Shown here one piece after another: positions 1 to 12,080 of a stretch of DNA of 64,000 nucleotides. The translations under genes were made by a program, and so were the position numbers. The stretch is from Macrostomum lignano. Taxonomy: Eukaryota. Below the pieces are notes generated by a model. The model was given only the letters and a program-made list of their open reading frames with translations, did not search any database and was not told the DNA's origin. Every line of letters starts with the position of its first letter. Positions within the stretch are counted from its first letter, which is position 1. The stretch is taken from the NCBI GenBank assembly GCA_002269645.1, contig NIVC01001317.1, positions 62,001 to 126,000 of the forward strand, in the 5' to 3' direction.

Positions 1-471
1 TCATGCGATTTGGTGGGACTGTAAAGGTGTGATCCTCTACAAGCTACTACCACCAACATATTGATTATGGCTAACTTATATTGTCAATAGTTGGACAGAT
101 TGACCCAATCCAATTCCTGCACAATAATGCCTGCCTTTACATTGACAAGGTGACTTGCAAAAAAATTACTTGAACTTGGCTAAGAACTGAGTGCATTATC
201 TTCAATATTTTCCCAACCTAGTGCCCTGACCAATGCCTTGATGAGAAAAACTTTTGCTAATAAAAAGGCCTTAGATAACTAGCTCAATAACTTTTTGGCT
301 CAAAACCTAAGAAATTCTACATTGATGACATTATGTCTGCCTAAAAAATGGCAGAAAGTGGTTGATTTAGATGGCAATTACTTTGTTTCCTTAATAAGTC
401 CTATATTAAAAAAAACTTGGTTTGGAAGAAGGTTCTAAAAACCACAAGAACATTCTCAACAACTCTTAATA
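1..471 (+). mobile_element. Decayed mariner (Tc1/mariner) transposon, 3' part of transposase plus degenerate right terminus
   Basis: Frameshifted, stop-containing translation gives IWWDCKGVILYKLLPP, LYCQ*LDRL, FLHNNA...VTCKKLLELG*E and KPKKFYIDDI...KKWQKVVDLDGNYF. These match the mariner catalytic and C-terminal motifs (WWD.KG, HDNARPH, RWQKVV..NG.Y). A weak TIR-like end (accacaagaacattctcaacaactcttaata) finishes near 471. Confidence 0.85.
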
Positions 472-492
472 CTAAAACTTATGCAATGTTTA

Positions 493-530
493 TGTGTGTG
501 TGTGTGTATGTGTGTGTGTATGTGTGTTTG
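493..530 (+). repeat. (TG)n microsatellite, left flank of the tyrosine-recombinase element
   Basis: tgtgtgtgtgtgtgtatgtgtgtgtgtatgtgtgtttg read directly. Confidence 0.95.
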
Positions 531-1657
531 TGCATTAGGCATTTCTTGGGACAAGCGTGTATAAACTGACCCGTGCTATTAGGACCAAAAATGTGTTGGG
601 CCAGGCCCAATATGTGCGTCCCGACACTTCTAAAAATCAAGGCTACTAAATTAAAAAAATATTCGTTCGAACCGTCGTTCGATTCCCTTTTCAGAAACCA
701 AACAACAGAAACCATATTTCTTACGATACATGAGTAATTTAGCGATTAACAATGTCCCAACAGGTTAGGAAAATCATGCAAAACCATTTTTGGTTCAATA
801 GAACAATTGGGACTTTAATCATACTTTCATGTCTCGTCTTTTTATCATGTAATATTCTAAAAGGTCTACTTAAAGTAAAGCTGAATGCTTGATAAGGAGC
901 CTGTCTAAAGCTGAAGAGATCAGATATCATTTGGCAGCGTGGTCGTGGCTACATAAGTTTTCCAGGATGTTTTGCTGTAAGAACTGTTAGTTTATCTCAT
1001 ATACACTCTAATCTATAAAATTCTACATTCTAATTGTAAATTTTTCAACTCTGAAGTATACTAAAATTGGGACAATGTTTAACACTACTAACACTTAGTA
1101 ACTTTATCGCTGCACTACAGGTGTATTGTTTCTATTGTTCCAACGTACTCTTCTCACTATTTCACCTATCAGCGATTTGCGAGCATATTAATATAGAGCT
1201 TAAAATTTTAACAACCACAATTGCTACAATTAAAATTCTTGCATTCTTTTTCTTACGGAGAGATTACAGAGCAAAATAAGCCCCTAGGCCTCAATCCCTC
1301 TCTCACAAAACGTTTTGGCCAGGCTAAACAGCTTGGTAAAGAACTTTGTCCCAGCTTCGATCGATAATCGAACTAACGCGCGTGTGTACATTCTGAAGTG
1401 TGGGGACACGCACAAATAAAACCCAATCAACCTTCTCTCCAGGCCAATTGAGTGTACATTCAGAAGTGTTAGGACAGCCAAGCCACCCCTATTTAGAGCC
1501 CCCACAAACCTCTTTCAAAGGCCAATCGGAAGAACCAAACTAAATCTAGATTGAGACAATCTTGTACAATACATTGACTTCCCGATACTATTCTATTTAC
1601 TATAAGTCATTCTGAATTTGATCTAGTCAAAATACTCGTAGCTACATACTTAAAACA

Positions 1658-4600
1658 ATGCGGCAGAAGGCCGCTAAGAAGCTGAAGGCCCAAAGAAAAG
1701 TAAGAAAGAGGCCACTAGAGGTTAATGGCCATGCCAACCGAAGAGTGGAAGTGAAATTTGATAAAAGGCATCCCGCCTACGGCCAGACCAACGTTGTATA
1801 TCTAAGCGACCTAAAGTTTAAAGGTCAACTATGCCATGGAACACGAGTCATGATGCAGTGGAAGGGAAAGGAGTGGAGCGGCACGGTGACTAACATGTAA
1901 GTGACATTAAAAAAACTATATCTTCCTATACTAGTCTTATTGATTTCTAAATAACACAATTACGTGCACACTGTACTTTGCGTAAATTAACACAAATATG
2001 TAATTTACTGCAGATACATTGATGCAGACCCACTACCGTTTGAAGCCGTTACTAAAGGGCTACCAACTCTAACAGGTATGTATGCCTATGTTAAACATTC
2101 AATTACTTATCCACAAAGAGTATACTCATAAAGACTATCAATCTTACTTCTTACTTATCAATGCCCGAAAAAATAGCAATGATGTTTAGGTGAAAAGAGA
2201 TCCCTTAAATCAATTTTCAATTTTATAGAGGAACAATTAGCAAATCGAAACGTGTCATATAGTGGCCGTGCGTTTGAAAAATACTACATTGGTAAGAAAA
2301 AACATAATACTCTAAATCTTAAATGTACCTCCGTAAAAGCCTTGAAATTCCCTTGAAAGCGAAAACTAAAACTTTGTAGAGATGGAAGAAAAGCAATTTT
2401 GCAGCATCTTCAAGCTTAAAAAACATCGATCCTATGCAGGTACTTTGACTGCAGAAACTGTATTTCACATAGAAAAGCACATATTAACTATATTATTTAC
2501 ACATCAAACGTAGAAAAGAAAAGCACAAAAAAACATTTTTAGTGGCAACAGTCGGACAGAAAAACAAACACATTGCACTGGTATATACAAGCAAAGCTCA
2601 AATGTGGAGCAATCATTGGGACAACATTGTGCGGATGTGATGTTTGAGGCATTTATTGGGACGCACTTAATGGGACATGGAGTCTGTTATTTTTAACGCG
2701 GCTCTGGCTGTGACTAGAAAATGGTTCTTGTAGTTGAGCCAGCAAAGCATAGCTCTCTCTAAAAAAACAAAACAGAATAGTAGCTTTCTAAGTAGCTCGA
2801 GTTTGAGTTTGGGAATCTGTGAAACTTTGCTCAGCCAATGATTACATTCATGAAGTGTGTCTACACTACACAACTCCTTTCACACAGCTTCTGAAGTCGA
2901 GAGTTCCGCTGACGCGTCGCGGATTGAGCCCAACTTGAATGCGGTCTCCGCAAGCACAGACGCCACTGGTTCAAGCCTTGTCGCTGAACTAGCTAGTGCC
3001 ATTCCGCCTGCTCAACAGCAGCCTCCAGCCGGCTTCAGCCAGACAGTTAATCAGCCCCAAGGTTGTCGCGAAATCGATCAGTTCCTTTGTGCACCTGTGG
3101 CGTATTGTTCTGAAGATGCAAACTTTGCGATTTTAAAACCGGTCTCGAATCCGAAGTCGTGCTGTGAGCCACATTTTGGGGCTCTGGCTTTTGCTGCTGA
3201 TGATAGTGATCCATATCATCTGGAAAGCAATACTGGAACTGATTGTTCAGCTGGAGCTGTAGTGGGTTGCTCAAATTACGAGAATTTGGCCGCCGACAAT
3301 TCGAATTTTCATCCTCAGATGAATGCCTTGTCTGTGGTTCAAGATTTTTCTGCGCATTCGATGCCGTCCCAACTCGTTGATTTTGTAACTGCGAAAGCTG
3401 AAGATGGTGATCAAGTGACCTTTTCGGCTAATGTCAATGTTAGTTCCGCGCGGATTGAAGAAGAAAGTGTCTCAGTTACTCTACCTGTTTCCTTGAAGCC
3501 TGAGGATGACGCAGGATGCAGTGTTGTTTTGCAGAAGCTTGTCAGTTTGACGACAAAGCTTCATTACTGCAAATATTGTGGCAAAATGTTGACGAAAATC
3601 TCTCGGCACTACAAAACCGCTCATAAAGCAGAGTCTGACGTTAAGCGCTTGCAGCAGATCCGCCGTAAGTCCATTCGTAGAAAGGCATTTAAGGCCCTTG
3701 AAAGCGAAGGCGATTATATTCACAATAAAATGGTTTTGGCAAAACGAGAAGGTGAATTAATAATTGCAAGGAGACAAAAGGACGATGAAAATTCTCCTGG
3801 GAGTTTTCTTCCCTGTCATCGATGCTTTCAATTCATAAAGAAGGATCTTCTCTACCGCCACAGAAATGCATGCTCCGGTAGCCTATCTGAAATTATTAAG
3901 GAAGACGAGAATGACTCCGATGAAGACACTGAGAACTCTTCGCCCTCCGAGTCAGAGAGTGCAGAAGCGCGCCTAAAAAATCCTACGAACAATCACTACA
4001 TGCAGCTGTCTCGAATTCTGCTGAAAAATCCAGAGCCTGCTTCAAAACTTCTGGAACCAGGTTCGGAACTCTTTAAGACAGTTCTCTCAAGACTCATTTG
4101 TGATGATCTGTTTGATACAATCTGCAAAGAAGAGCTCTTACTTTGTTTAGGTGATCGTTATTTGTCTAAGCAAAAAAAGGTGAACCAGCAGCACGTGTCT
4201 AGTAAAATCAGGGATGCAGCTCGTGTTTTTATTCAGCTACAGCAGTTGCATGATGATTATAGCTTAAGACACTTTCTGCAACCACAGTATTTTGATGATT
4301 GGATCGAAGTTATCCGAAAGTTATCGAATGAGGCCCCAACATTCGCACTACGCATGGGTCATTCAATAACGCATCTGTGCAATATCCTAATCGGTGAAGC
4401 GATTAGGACTTCTAATGATGGCCTTAAAAAGTCCACATCTGACTTTCTTGAGCTGAAAAATACTGAGTACCACCATCTCGTTACTGCGAAGAGCCTCAAG
4501 ACAATAAGTGAAAGAGCAGCACTTGTGCAGGACTGTGTACCGCTGACGGACGACATAGTAAAACTTTCCACTTTTATGAAGTCGGCGATTGTCGATAAAA

Positions 4601-6145
4601 TCGAAGAGCTCAAGACAGGAACATTGGATTCAAATGTTCCTTTGTTGTACCGTGAACTAGTCTACCTAATCATGACAAAACTAACTTTTTTCAACCGGCG
4701 CCGATCCAGTGAGATTTCTCAAATGGTAATGGCGATGTTAGATGCAGCTTCGGCATCTCACACGCAGGATGACCTGCATCAGTATTTGACGCCACTTGAG
4801 AAGGAACTTGCCAGCAGGTTAAAGGTCATAAATATATCAGGCAAAAGAGGACAATCTGTGCCTATCGTTATCGATCGAATTTGTTGGGATGGACTGATGT
4901 GCCTAAAAGACTGTCGCGAGGCTGCCGGTGTAAGCCGAAAGAACGTATTTGTGTTTGCGATTCCTGGCTATGAACAATCCGTCTACAGATGTCCTGTGGC
5001 AATCGACAAAGTAGTGAAAATGAGCTCACTCCAACTGCAACGAGCAGATCTCCTTCGCTCAAGATTTTTAAGGAAGCATTGTGCGACTGTTTCGCAACTT
5101 CTTGACTTAAAAGACAATGAGCTAGATTGGCTAGCTCGCCATCTTGGCCATGATATTACTGTCCACAGACAGTTCTACAGATTACATCAAAATACTCTCG
5201 AGCTAGCAAAGGTTTCGAAGATTTTGGAGTTGATGGAGAGTGGGAACCTGAAGAAATTTAAAGGAAAGGGTCTGGAAGAAATAACATTAGAAGATTTATC
5301 AGAGCCGCCGTTGGATGACCATGATGAGACAGCAGAGTTATCGGCGGTGCCGGACACTTCGGCCACAACAGCTGCTTCGACTTCGGCCACAATAGCTGCT
5401 TCAACTTCGGCCACAACAGTTGTTTCGACTTCGCCAACTTTCGCTTTGGGAACTGGTTCAGCCGCTACAACTAAAACAAGCGCAAAGAGACGCACAAAAT
5501 CTGGTGAGTCAGTATATAGCTTAATTTGATTCATGCAGAGACAAATATTTTTTACTGCTCAAATAGATTGTTTATAAGAGGTTAGATACATTTTTCTGAT
5601 CGCATTTTATCGTATGTTAACGGTATATAATCGGATAGTGTCTAGCGAATCGTATGCGATTAACTCAGTCAAAGTACATGCATTTACTGGAGTTGAAGAA
5701 AAAAGAAATCGCGTGAACATCGCATAGATACTCGTATAAATTCATTTTGCCTGGGGCTTTTACTGTCCAAAAAAAACTTACGCAAATGCAAACATTTCTA
5801 AGCAGAGTGCACAATGCACATCTTAAAATTTCCAAATCATTTGGCCCTTTTAATTGTATGCTAAGTTAATTATAAGAATTAAAACTTTTTGTGGACATGT
5901 TTTGCATACTTTCTGTGAACGTAAGCAGCAACCTCTTAGTCTATAAAATATGTGCTACCATTACAGCAAAGAAGCTGACCGACAGCCAAAAAAGCGACTT
6001 GCGCAAGGCATTTGCCAGCTTTCTAGCCAGCGGGGATCTTCCTGGCAAGCAAGTCATTTTAGAGCTTCGACCCAAATCTGTTGCTGCTGTTGACTGGCGC
6101 CAAATTAAAGACAATTTGCGCGTTGCGCTTTCAAAAAAGAAATAG
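1658..6145 (+). CDS. Tyrosine recombinase (phage-integrase fold, FNRRR-type animal family), 6 exons, ~1072 aa
   Basis: Phase-consistent GT-AG model join(1658..1896,2014..2075,2229..2291,2380..2439,2888..5503,5967..6145) = 3219 nt, no stops. Catalytic motifs: FFNRRRSSE (R-x-x-E, 4687-4713), GKRG (4840), LRKH (5068), LGHD (5143), FYR (Tyr at 5176). Also CKYC...H...H zinc-finger-like and C..C motifs, and a C-terminal exon (AFASFLASGDLPGK...DWRQIKDNLR) typical of this family's small helical C-terminal domain. Confidence 0.88.
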
Positions 6146-6335
6146 CTAGTCGAAATTTCTATTTTAAGAAAAGCAAATATTTAACTTTAGCTAATTTTAG
6201 CTAATTGGCTTACTTTAGCTCACAGATTCTAGAACAGCTAGATGAGCCACTGAAGCACAGCTATATACAACAGCTGAAATAAATGACTTTGATAACTTTA
6301 GAAGCCCAAGCTTGCAGGCGTAAACAACTTGCTGA

Positions 6336-7079
6336 TAGAGCTCGAACGGGATCCCGATCCCAATCTCAAATTCTCGGGATCCCAAAGATTTTTTGGGAAT
6401 TCGGGATTGGGATCCCGAAGGCTTAGAGAACTCGGGATTCGGGAGCACAATAGATTGATAATGAAGATGATGCTTTCAACAATCAAGAGCAGTAATCAAT
6501 ACTAAGCTAATTTTTGTAACAGCAACTATAAATATGTTGAAAGTCTGACCTTGAATTCACCAAATAAAGCAGCAGATTTTTACTTAGTAACAGATTTGTA
6601 AAGAGTTGTACTCGTAAATAACGAAATAACAAGTATGAGGCTTTTCACGAAGCGATTCCAGAAACAGAATTTTACAAGAAAAAAGACTAGTATAACTTTG
6701 GCCGTCAACTTTTTCGTCAACTTTTCCGTTAAATTTTCTATTAACTATTCCGTCAACTATTCCGTCAACTTTTCCATTAACTTTTCTGTTAAGTATTCCG
6801 TTAACTTTTTCATTAACTATTCCATCAAGTATTCCGATAATTTTTAGGCTATACTTTGGAAAAAGGGTCTGGAACAAGAATTGACAATATGAAAAGCCCC
6901 TCATGGGTTTATAGTCAGATAAAACTATCCTTGAATCCTTGATTTATTAGTTAGTAAGTAATATATTCCCAGATCCCAGATTCCTGAATCCCAAATACTA
7001 ATCCCGAATCCCGATCCCGAAATTATTTTCAATCCCGATCCCGCCCGATCCCGAAAATTCTACTCCCGTTCGAGCTCTA
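6336..7079. mobile_element. Non-autonomous hAT-type MITE (744 bp) nested in the YR element
   Basis: Perfect 16-bp TIRs TAGAGCTCGAACGGGA / TCCCGTTCGAGCTCTA. Perfect 8-bp TSD cttgctga at 6328-6335 and 7080-7087. Subterminal GATCCC/GGGAT motifs are mirrored at both ends, and an internal 12-bp repeat (aactattccgtc) lies at ~6710-6840. 8-bp TSDs are characteristic of hAT elements. Confidence 0.9.
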
Positions 7080-7592
7080 CTTGCTGATTGGTCCAGCCAT
7101 AATGTACATTAGCCACTGAAATGTACATGGCAGATTTACCCTGGAACTACCGAGAAAGGCAATAAAAATTGGGTGGCGGGGTGGGGGTAGAGGTTCTGTA
7201 TGGAATTTGAGGGTTTAAGCTTGGGGGGTAAAAGCCAATAAATAAACCTTGCCTTAGTTTGTCTTCAAAACTTCATTAAAATGCCTCGGTTAACTTAAAC
7301 TACTAAACTGAAAGTACCTTGCAGGCAAATGTGCTGAGTGAATCATCTAGTTTGTTCTAGTATCTGTGGTTTAATTACTAATTAAAGCTTAATGGAAGAC
7401 AGGCAAAATTGGTAAAAATCCTTGGATCAAAAACTTTTTGCGGCTGAAATAACTAGTTACTAGATACTAGTTGCATAGCTCGAAGCTACTATTAGGTCGT
7501 TGATTCCGCATGTCGAGCACAATTCTCTAATTTGTTTTTTTAATAGCCACCTGGCTTAAAAACTGTGTTTCCATTCATTCAAAAATTTTATC

Positions 7593-8292
7593 ACCACCTG
7601 CTCTAAACATTGTGTTTCTACTTATTCAACGATTTTATTCGCCATCTGCTCTAAACATTGTGTTTCTACTTATTCAACGATTTTATTCGCCATCTGCTCT
7701 AAACATTGTGTTTCTACTTATTCAACCATTTTATTCGCCACCTGCTCTAAACATTGTGTTTCTACTTATTCAACCATTTTATTCGCCACCTGCTCTAAAC
7801 ATTGTGTTTCTACTTATTCAACCATTTTATTCGCCACCTGCTCTAAACATTGTGTTTCTACTTATTCAACCATTTTATTCGCCACCTGCTCTAAACATTG
7901 TGTTTCTACTTATTCAACCATTTTATTTGCCACCTGCTCTAAACATTGTGTTTCTATTTATTCAACAATTTTATTCGCCACCTGCTCTAAACATTGTGTT
8001 TCTACTTATTCAACCATTTTATTCGCCACCTGCTCTAAACATTGTGTTTCTATTTATTCAACCATTTTATTCGCCACCTGCTCTAAACATGTGTTTCTAT
8101 TTATTCAACCATTTTATTCGCCACCTGCTCTAAACATTGTGTTTCTACTTATTCAACCATTTTATTCGCCACCTGCTCTAAACATTGTGTTTCTATTTAT
8201 TCAATGATTTTATTCACCACCTGCTCTAAACATTGTGTTTCTATTTATTCAACCATTTTATTCGCCACCTGCTCTAAACATTGTGCTCTAAA
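7593..8292 (+). repeat. 48-bp tandem array (~14 copies)
   Basis: Unit ccacctgctctaaacattgtgtttctacttattcaaccattttattcg; produces the 16-aa periodic ORF 7612..8133. Confidence 0.95.
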
Positions 8293-8529
8293 CTTTTTTA
8301 TTACAAACATTCAAACATAAGTTGCAACTTTTTAAAAAAAATAAATTTGTTTCCCTTCAGTTTTGTTCCGTTTTCCAAAAGCCTCTTTATTTGTGGTGCC
8401 TCTTTATTTTACTTTATGAATTAAACATTCGCATATAAAATGATGGAAGTGTTCAGAAATTCTTCTATCTGGTTGATACATCCACTGGTTATTTATAGGC
8501 CTAGATATACTTCTATGGTAAAATTGTTA

Positions 8530-8885
8530 GGGCAGCCCTTCCACACTAGCTATGGTGGGATTGTTGGGACAGCCCTATGCACACTGGCTATGGTGGGATT
8601 GTTGGGACAGCCCTATGCACACTGGCTATGGTGGGATTGTTGGGACAGCCCTATGCACACTGGCTATGGTGGGATTGTTGGGACAGCCCTATGCACACTG
8701 GCTATGGTGGGATTGTTGGGACAGCTCTATCCACACTAGCTTTGGTGGAATTGTTGGGACAGCCCTATGCACACTGGCTATGGTGGAATTGTTGGGACAG
8801 CCCTATGTACACTGGCTATGCTGGAATTGTTGGGACAGCCCTATGTACACTGGCTATGCTGGAATTGTTGGGACAGCCCTATACT
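8530..8885 (+). repeat. 38-bp tandem array (~9 copies) near the right end of the YR element
   Basis: Unit ctatgcacactggctatggtgggattgttgggacagcc; the ORFs cycle through all three frames, as expected for a unit length not divisible by 3. Confidence 0.95.
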
Positions 8886-9514
8886 ATAGTGTGTGCTGGC
8901 TTCTGCTATAGTGTGGTTCATTTCCGCATCCTTTTACGTAGCATTCTGTGGGTCCGAATAGCTGACATGTACCTTTTGAGTAATTCTAGTGATTGTGTCA
9001 TAATCAATAAAGTACATTTTTATGAACAGTGGAGTTTCGCTACAGAATTGTTTTTTTCCCAGTGGCACTAAATGTAGCAAATTTTGTTTATTCAGATTGT
9101 AAAATTTTTTTGATATTCGCTGATAAATGAAAACAATGTCATTTGTTTTCGATAACCTTAAAGTCCCTTGCCATTTACCATCCTGTCTTCTATAATCTAT
9201 GATCGCTAAAATTATCTGGTGAAATTTGATGCGCTGATATTATTGCCTTAAGTGGAATTCAGCAAGACACCAGGGTTTTTTAATTCTGTTTTAGACAAGT
9301 ATACATGTACAATCTGTTGTGAGTTCAATGCACCTCGAAAAATGCTTTCCAACTGTTTTCAGTAAGCCAAAAGCATGTTGTCAATAAAAATTGATTTGGT
9401 GGGTTGAAAATTGCCTGTGTGGGGACGTGTGTGTGTGTGATTTTTTGTGTGTCAGAGCAGTCCCAATATGTGCAAGCTTTTGCACACTTGGCCAATAAGT
9501 GCCTCGTGCAGGTT

Positions 9515-9555
9515 TGTGTGTGTGTGTGTGTGTGAGTAAGTGAGTGAGTGAGTGA

Positions 9556-9598
<43 letters not shown>
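9515..9598 (+). repeat. (TG)n/(TGAG)n microsatellite, right flank of the YR element
   Basis: Read directly. Confidence 0.95.
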
Positions 9599-9599
<1 letters not shown>

Positions 9600-11189
9600 T
9601 TGTTGTAAGTGAACTCCTACAATTTAAATATATAAAATCAGGTAAAATTATAAAAAATCATACATTTCTTTTGTTGAAACTTAAATTCATATACTTTTAA
9701 GATACTTTTAAAGAACTCATTTTTTTATTGCACTATACTTAGGCCTCTATTGTTTAGAAATTGAATTAGGGTTTTTTATGTATTGTCAAATTGACTATTG
9801 TATTAATTAAGGCAATATTTGCATGAATAAAACAAAAATGAATATAATAAAACAAATCTGGCAATAATTCAAATTTATATTTCTAAGAAAACTATTTAGA
9901 CTATTGTAAGTTTATTTCAAAGAAAAAATAGAACTAGTTCTGGAGAAAATTAAACAAATATAACTTTGCTCTTGCAATTTATTATGCTCCAAAATCATAA
10001 ATTAAAGAGCAACAAGTAGGCCAGGGCCTAAAAATTATTTTATGCATGATAAAAATCACATGATTCCATTGGACATGCCAAATACAAGAATTCCATCCTG
10101 GCAGGCCTAGGCCTATACACATCTAGATTACAAAATTTTTTAAAAGTTATGATACAAAATGTTTTGTAACATTTTTAGGCATAGGCCATCTATTACTTGA
10201 CCCATTTTCAAAAGTAAGGTGTCTTTACTCAAGGCAAGCAAATGAAATATATCAAATGGAATAGAATAAAAATTAGGGCTAAAAAATCAAATTTATCTAT
10301 GTGACTTAAATAGGCCTAGGCAAAAAAAGGAAAAAATCAATAAATTCATAGACTTAGACTCAGATCATGTATTATTAAATATTTCTCTAAACCAATAAAA
10401 AAATCGCATGCCCAGATAGTAAATTAATTCGCATTTAAGAAAAAAAGTTTTAGTATAAGCCTTTCTCATATATGGTTAAATATATCAAATCGGTGCAGTT
10501 CTGACGATTGAAGACAAAAACCACGAACGGTACGGAAACAAGAACAGATTTTTCTAGGAAAAAATAGATGAGTTTTCTAGGAAACACTTTCAGTTCAGTA
10601 TCATATTACGAAGTATTCAGAATATACGAGTCCAAAACAAGAGTCCATTGAAGAGTCCATATTCATTGCAGACGCGCCAATTTAATTTGGGCACCAGTCA
10701 TAAACCGGTAGATCATCAAACCAAAGATTTGAAGCTTTAAATAAAAAATTGAAGCCATAAATCTTTACGAGTATTAATACATTTCCAAAATAACAAATGA
10801 ATGCTGCATTTAAAGGACTAACAGTAACCGGCTACACAAATGTGCTCCTAACCAGCTCCTAACCAAAACGAAAGTCTCCTAAAAACGGCGATGCCGAAAG
10901 TGCCGTCAGCAGTGGCGGAGGGAGTCAAAATCAGTGGTGGTCGAGGGTGCCGAGAGAGCGCGGTAACTGGTTGCCTAGCGCTCCAAGGAACGGTGGAACG
11001 ATTAGCTGAAACCGCATGCAAGGTTTACCTATGAGGGCGATCGAGGCAAGTTATCTCTAGTTTATTCTTTGTATAAAACCGAGTAAAAAACCGAGCCAGA
11101 ATCTTACCGGCCTGTTACTCTGAAGAGCAAGACCCGCATCCACCGTACTCTGGCCTGGAGTTCCAATTACTGAACCCGACCTTCTTCCA

Positions 11190-11447
11190 GACTGACGCTG
11201 GGCTGTCAACTTGGACCTTCAAGGTCAACCTCAACGCCCTGACCCGCGAACGCCACCCGCCATCGCTCCCAGACCCGGCAAAAATCGCGGTGAACGCGGC
11301 GTTCCTGCTGGACTTCGCCGCACTGTGCGGGATCCCCACGTCTCCAAGACGATGTTCGCCGCGAGCGCACCCTGGCCTTCCTTGCTGCCTTCGACACCCC
11401 GGACAACCGAGGTCTCGACGGACGCTTCGGCCTCTGGAGGCACCTCG
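11190..11447 (+). repeat. Dispersed GC-rich repeat, copy 1 (degenerate coding remnant)
   Basis: Clearly homologous to the reverse complement of 14505-14739 (shared blocks such as aacgcggcgttcctgctggacttcgccgcact and gacggacgcttcggcctctggaggcacctc). Confidence 0.9.
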
Positions 11448-11712
11448 TATTAAGAAAGTCTTATTTGATTATAGTAACTTACCGTTTATTGAGTCTTGCG
11501 AAAGAGTGCGAGAAAAGGTTAACATTGAATTTAGCTCTGGCGTAGCTCAAACAAAACTTAATTGTACAGGTTAGGAGTCGGAGACCATAAGCATATAATT
11601 AAGAATTATATTCTAGAAAATTCTAGAAGGGAAATTGAGATTCACTTACCATATAAATAGAGGTGTCTATTTTAAGATAAACTAACTACTTATTAAGGTA
11701 ACACCTTTAACA
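11448..11712. mobile_element. Solo LTR (265 bp) with 5-bp TSD
   Basis: Termini TATTAA...TTAACA (TG...CA with one substitution), flanked by the direct repeat cctcg at 11443-11447 and 11713-11717. AT-rich interior with ttctagaaaattctagaa and tataaatag, which are common in LTRs. Confidence 0.8.
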
Positions 11713-11994
11713 CCTCGGACGGCCGGGGCGCGGTGGTCGTCATCACCATGCAGGCTCAAATTGTGCCTGGTGGTCATCAGCCTGCCGCACCAGACCTCTA
11801 AGGCGGCCAACGACTGCTGGGAGGAGCTGAATCAGGGAAATAATCAGGGAAAACTTAAGCGAACCTGCATACAAGGGTAAGAGAACATTGGCTAAAAAGT
11901 TCTGCGATTCAAGATCACTTGTTAGTTTGCGCGGCGTGTTATAATTATCGACCGGACAGAAATCATTCTGTCTACTGTTTTGTTTCGTTATGAG

Positions 11995-12080
11995 TGACTC
12001 TTTAGAGTTTTGGTGCCAGTGACTCTTTAGAGTTTTGGTGCCAGTGACCCTTTAGTTTTGGTGCCAGTGACTCTTTAGAA
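11995..12080 (+). repeat. 25-bp direct repeat, ~3.5 copies
   Basis: gtgactctttagagttttggtgcca repeated. Confidence 0.85.

Larger units (their letters stand above)
531..9510 (+). mobile_element. Candidate ~9 kb tyrosine-recombinase (Crypton-like) DNA transposon inserted in (TG)n
   Basis: Contains the YR gene. Left end 531-559 (tgcattaggcatttcttgggacaagcgtg) aligns at ~22/29 with the reverse complement of right end 9483-9510 (tgcacgaggcacttattgg-ccaagtgtg). Both ends lie within a few nt of (TG)n tracts. The 12-mer cccaatatgtgc occurs at 606-617 and 9462-9473. Confidence 0.65.

Noticed and set aside
2857-5529. 890-aa ORF treated as a complete single-exon, bacterial-type integrase or contaminant
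   Set aside because: It starts at a GTG just upstream of a splice acceptor (2887) and has a donor at 5504; phase-matched upstream and downstream exons show it is a spliced eukaryotic gene.
9600-10450. Scattered TAGGCCTA/AGGCCT palindromes in AT-rich DNA
   Set aside because: Short, irregularly spaced and also present elsewhere (8497, ~62985, ~63173); no structure I can support.
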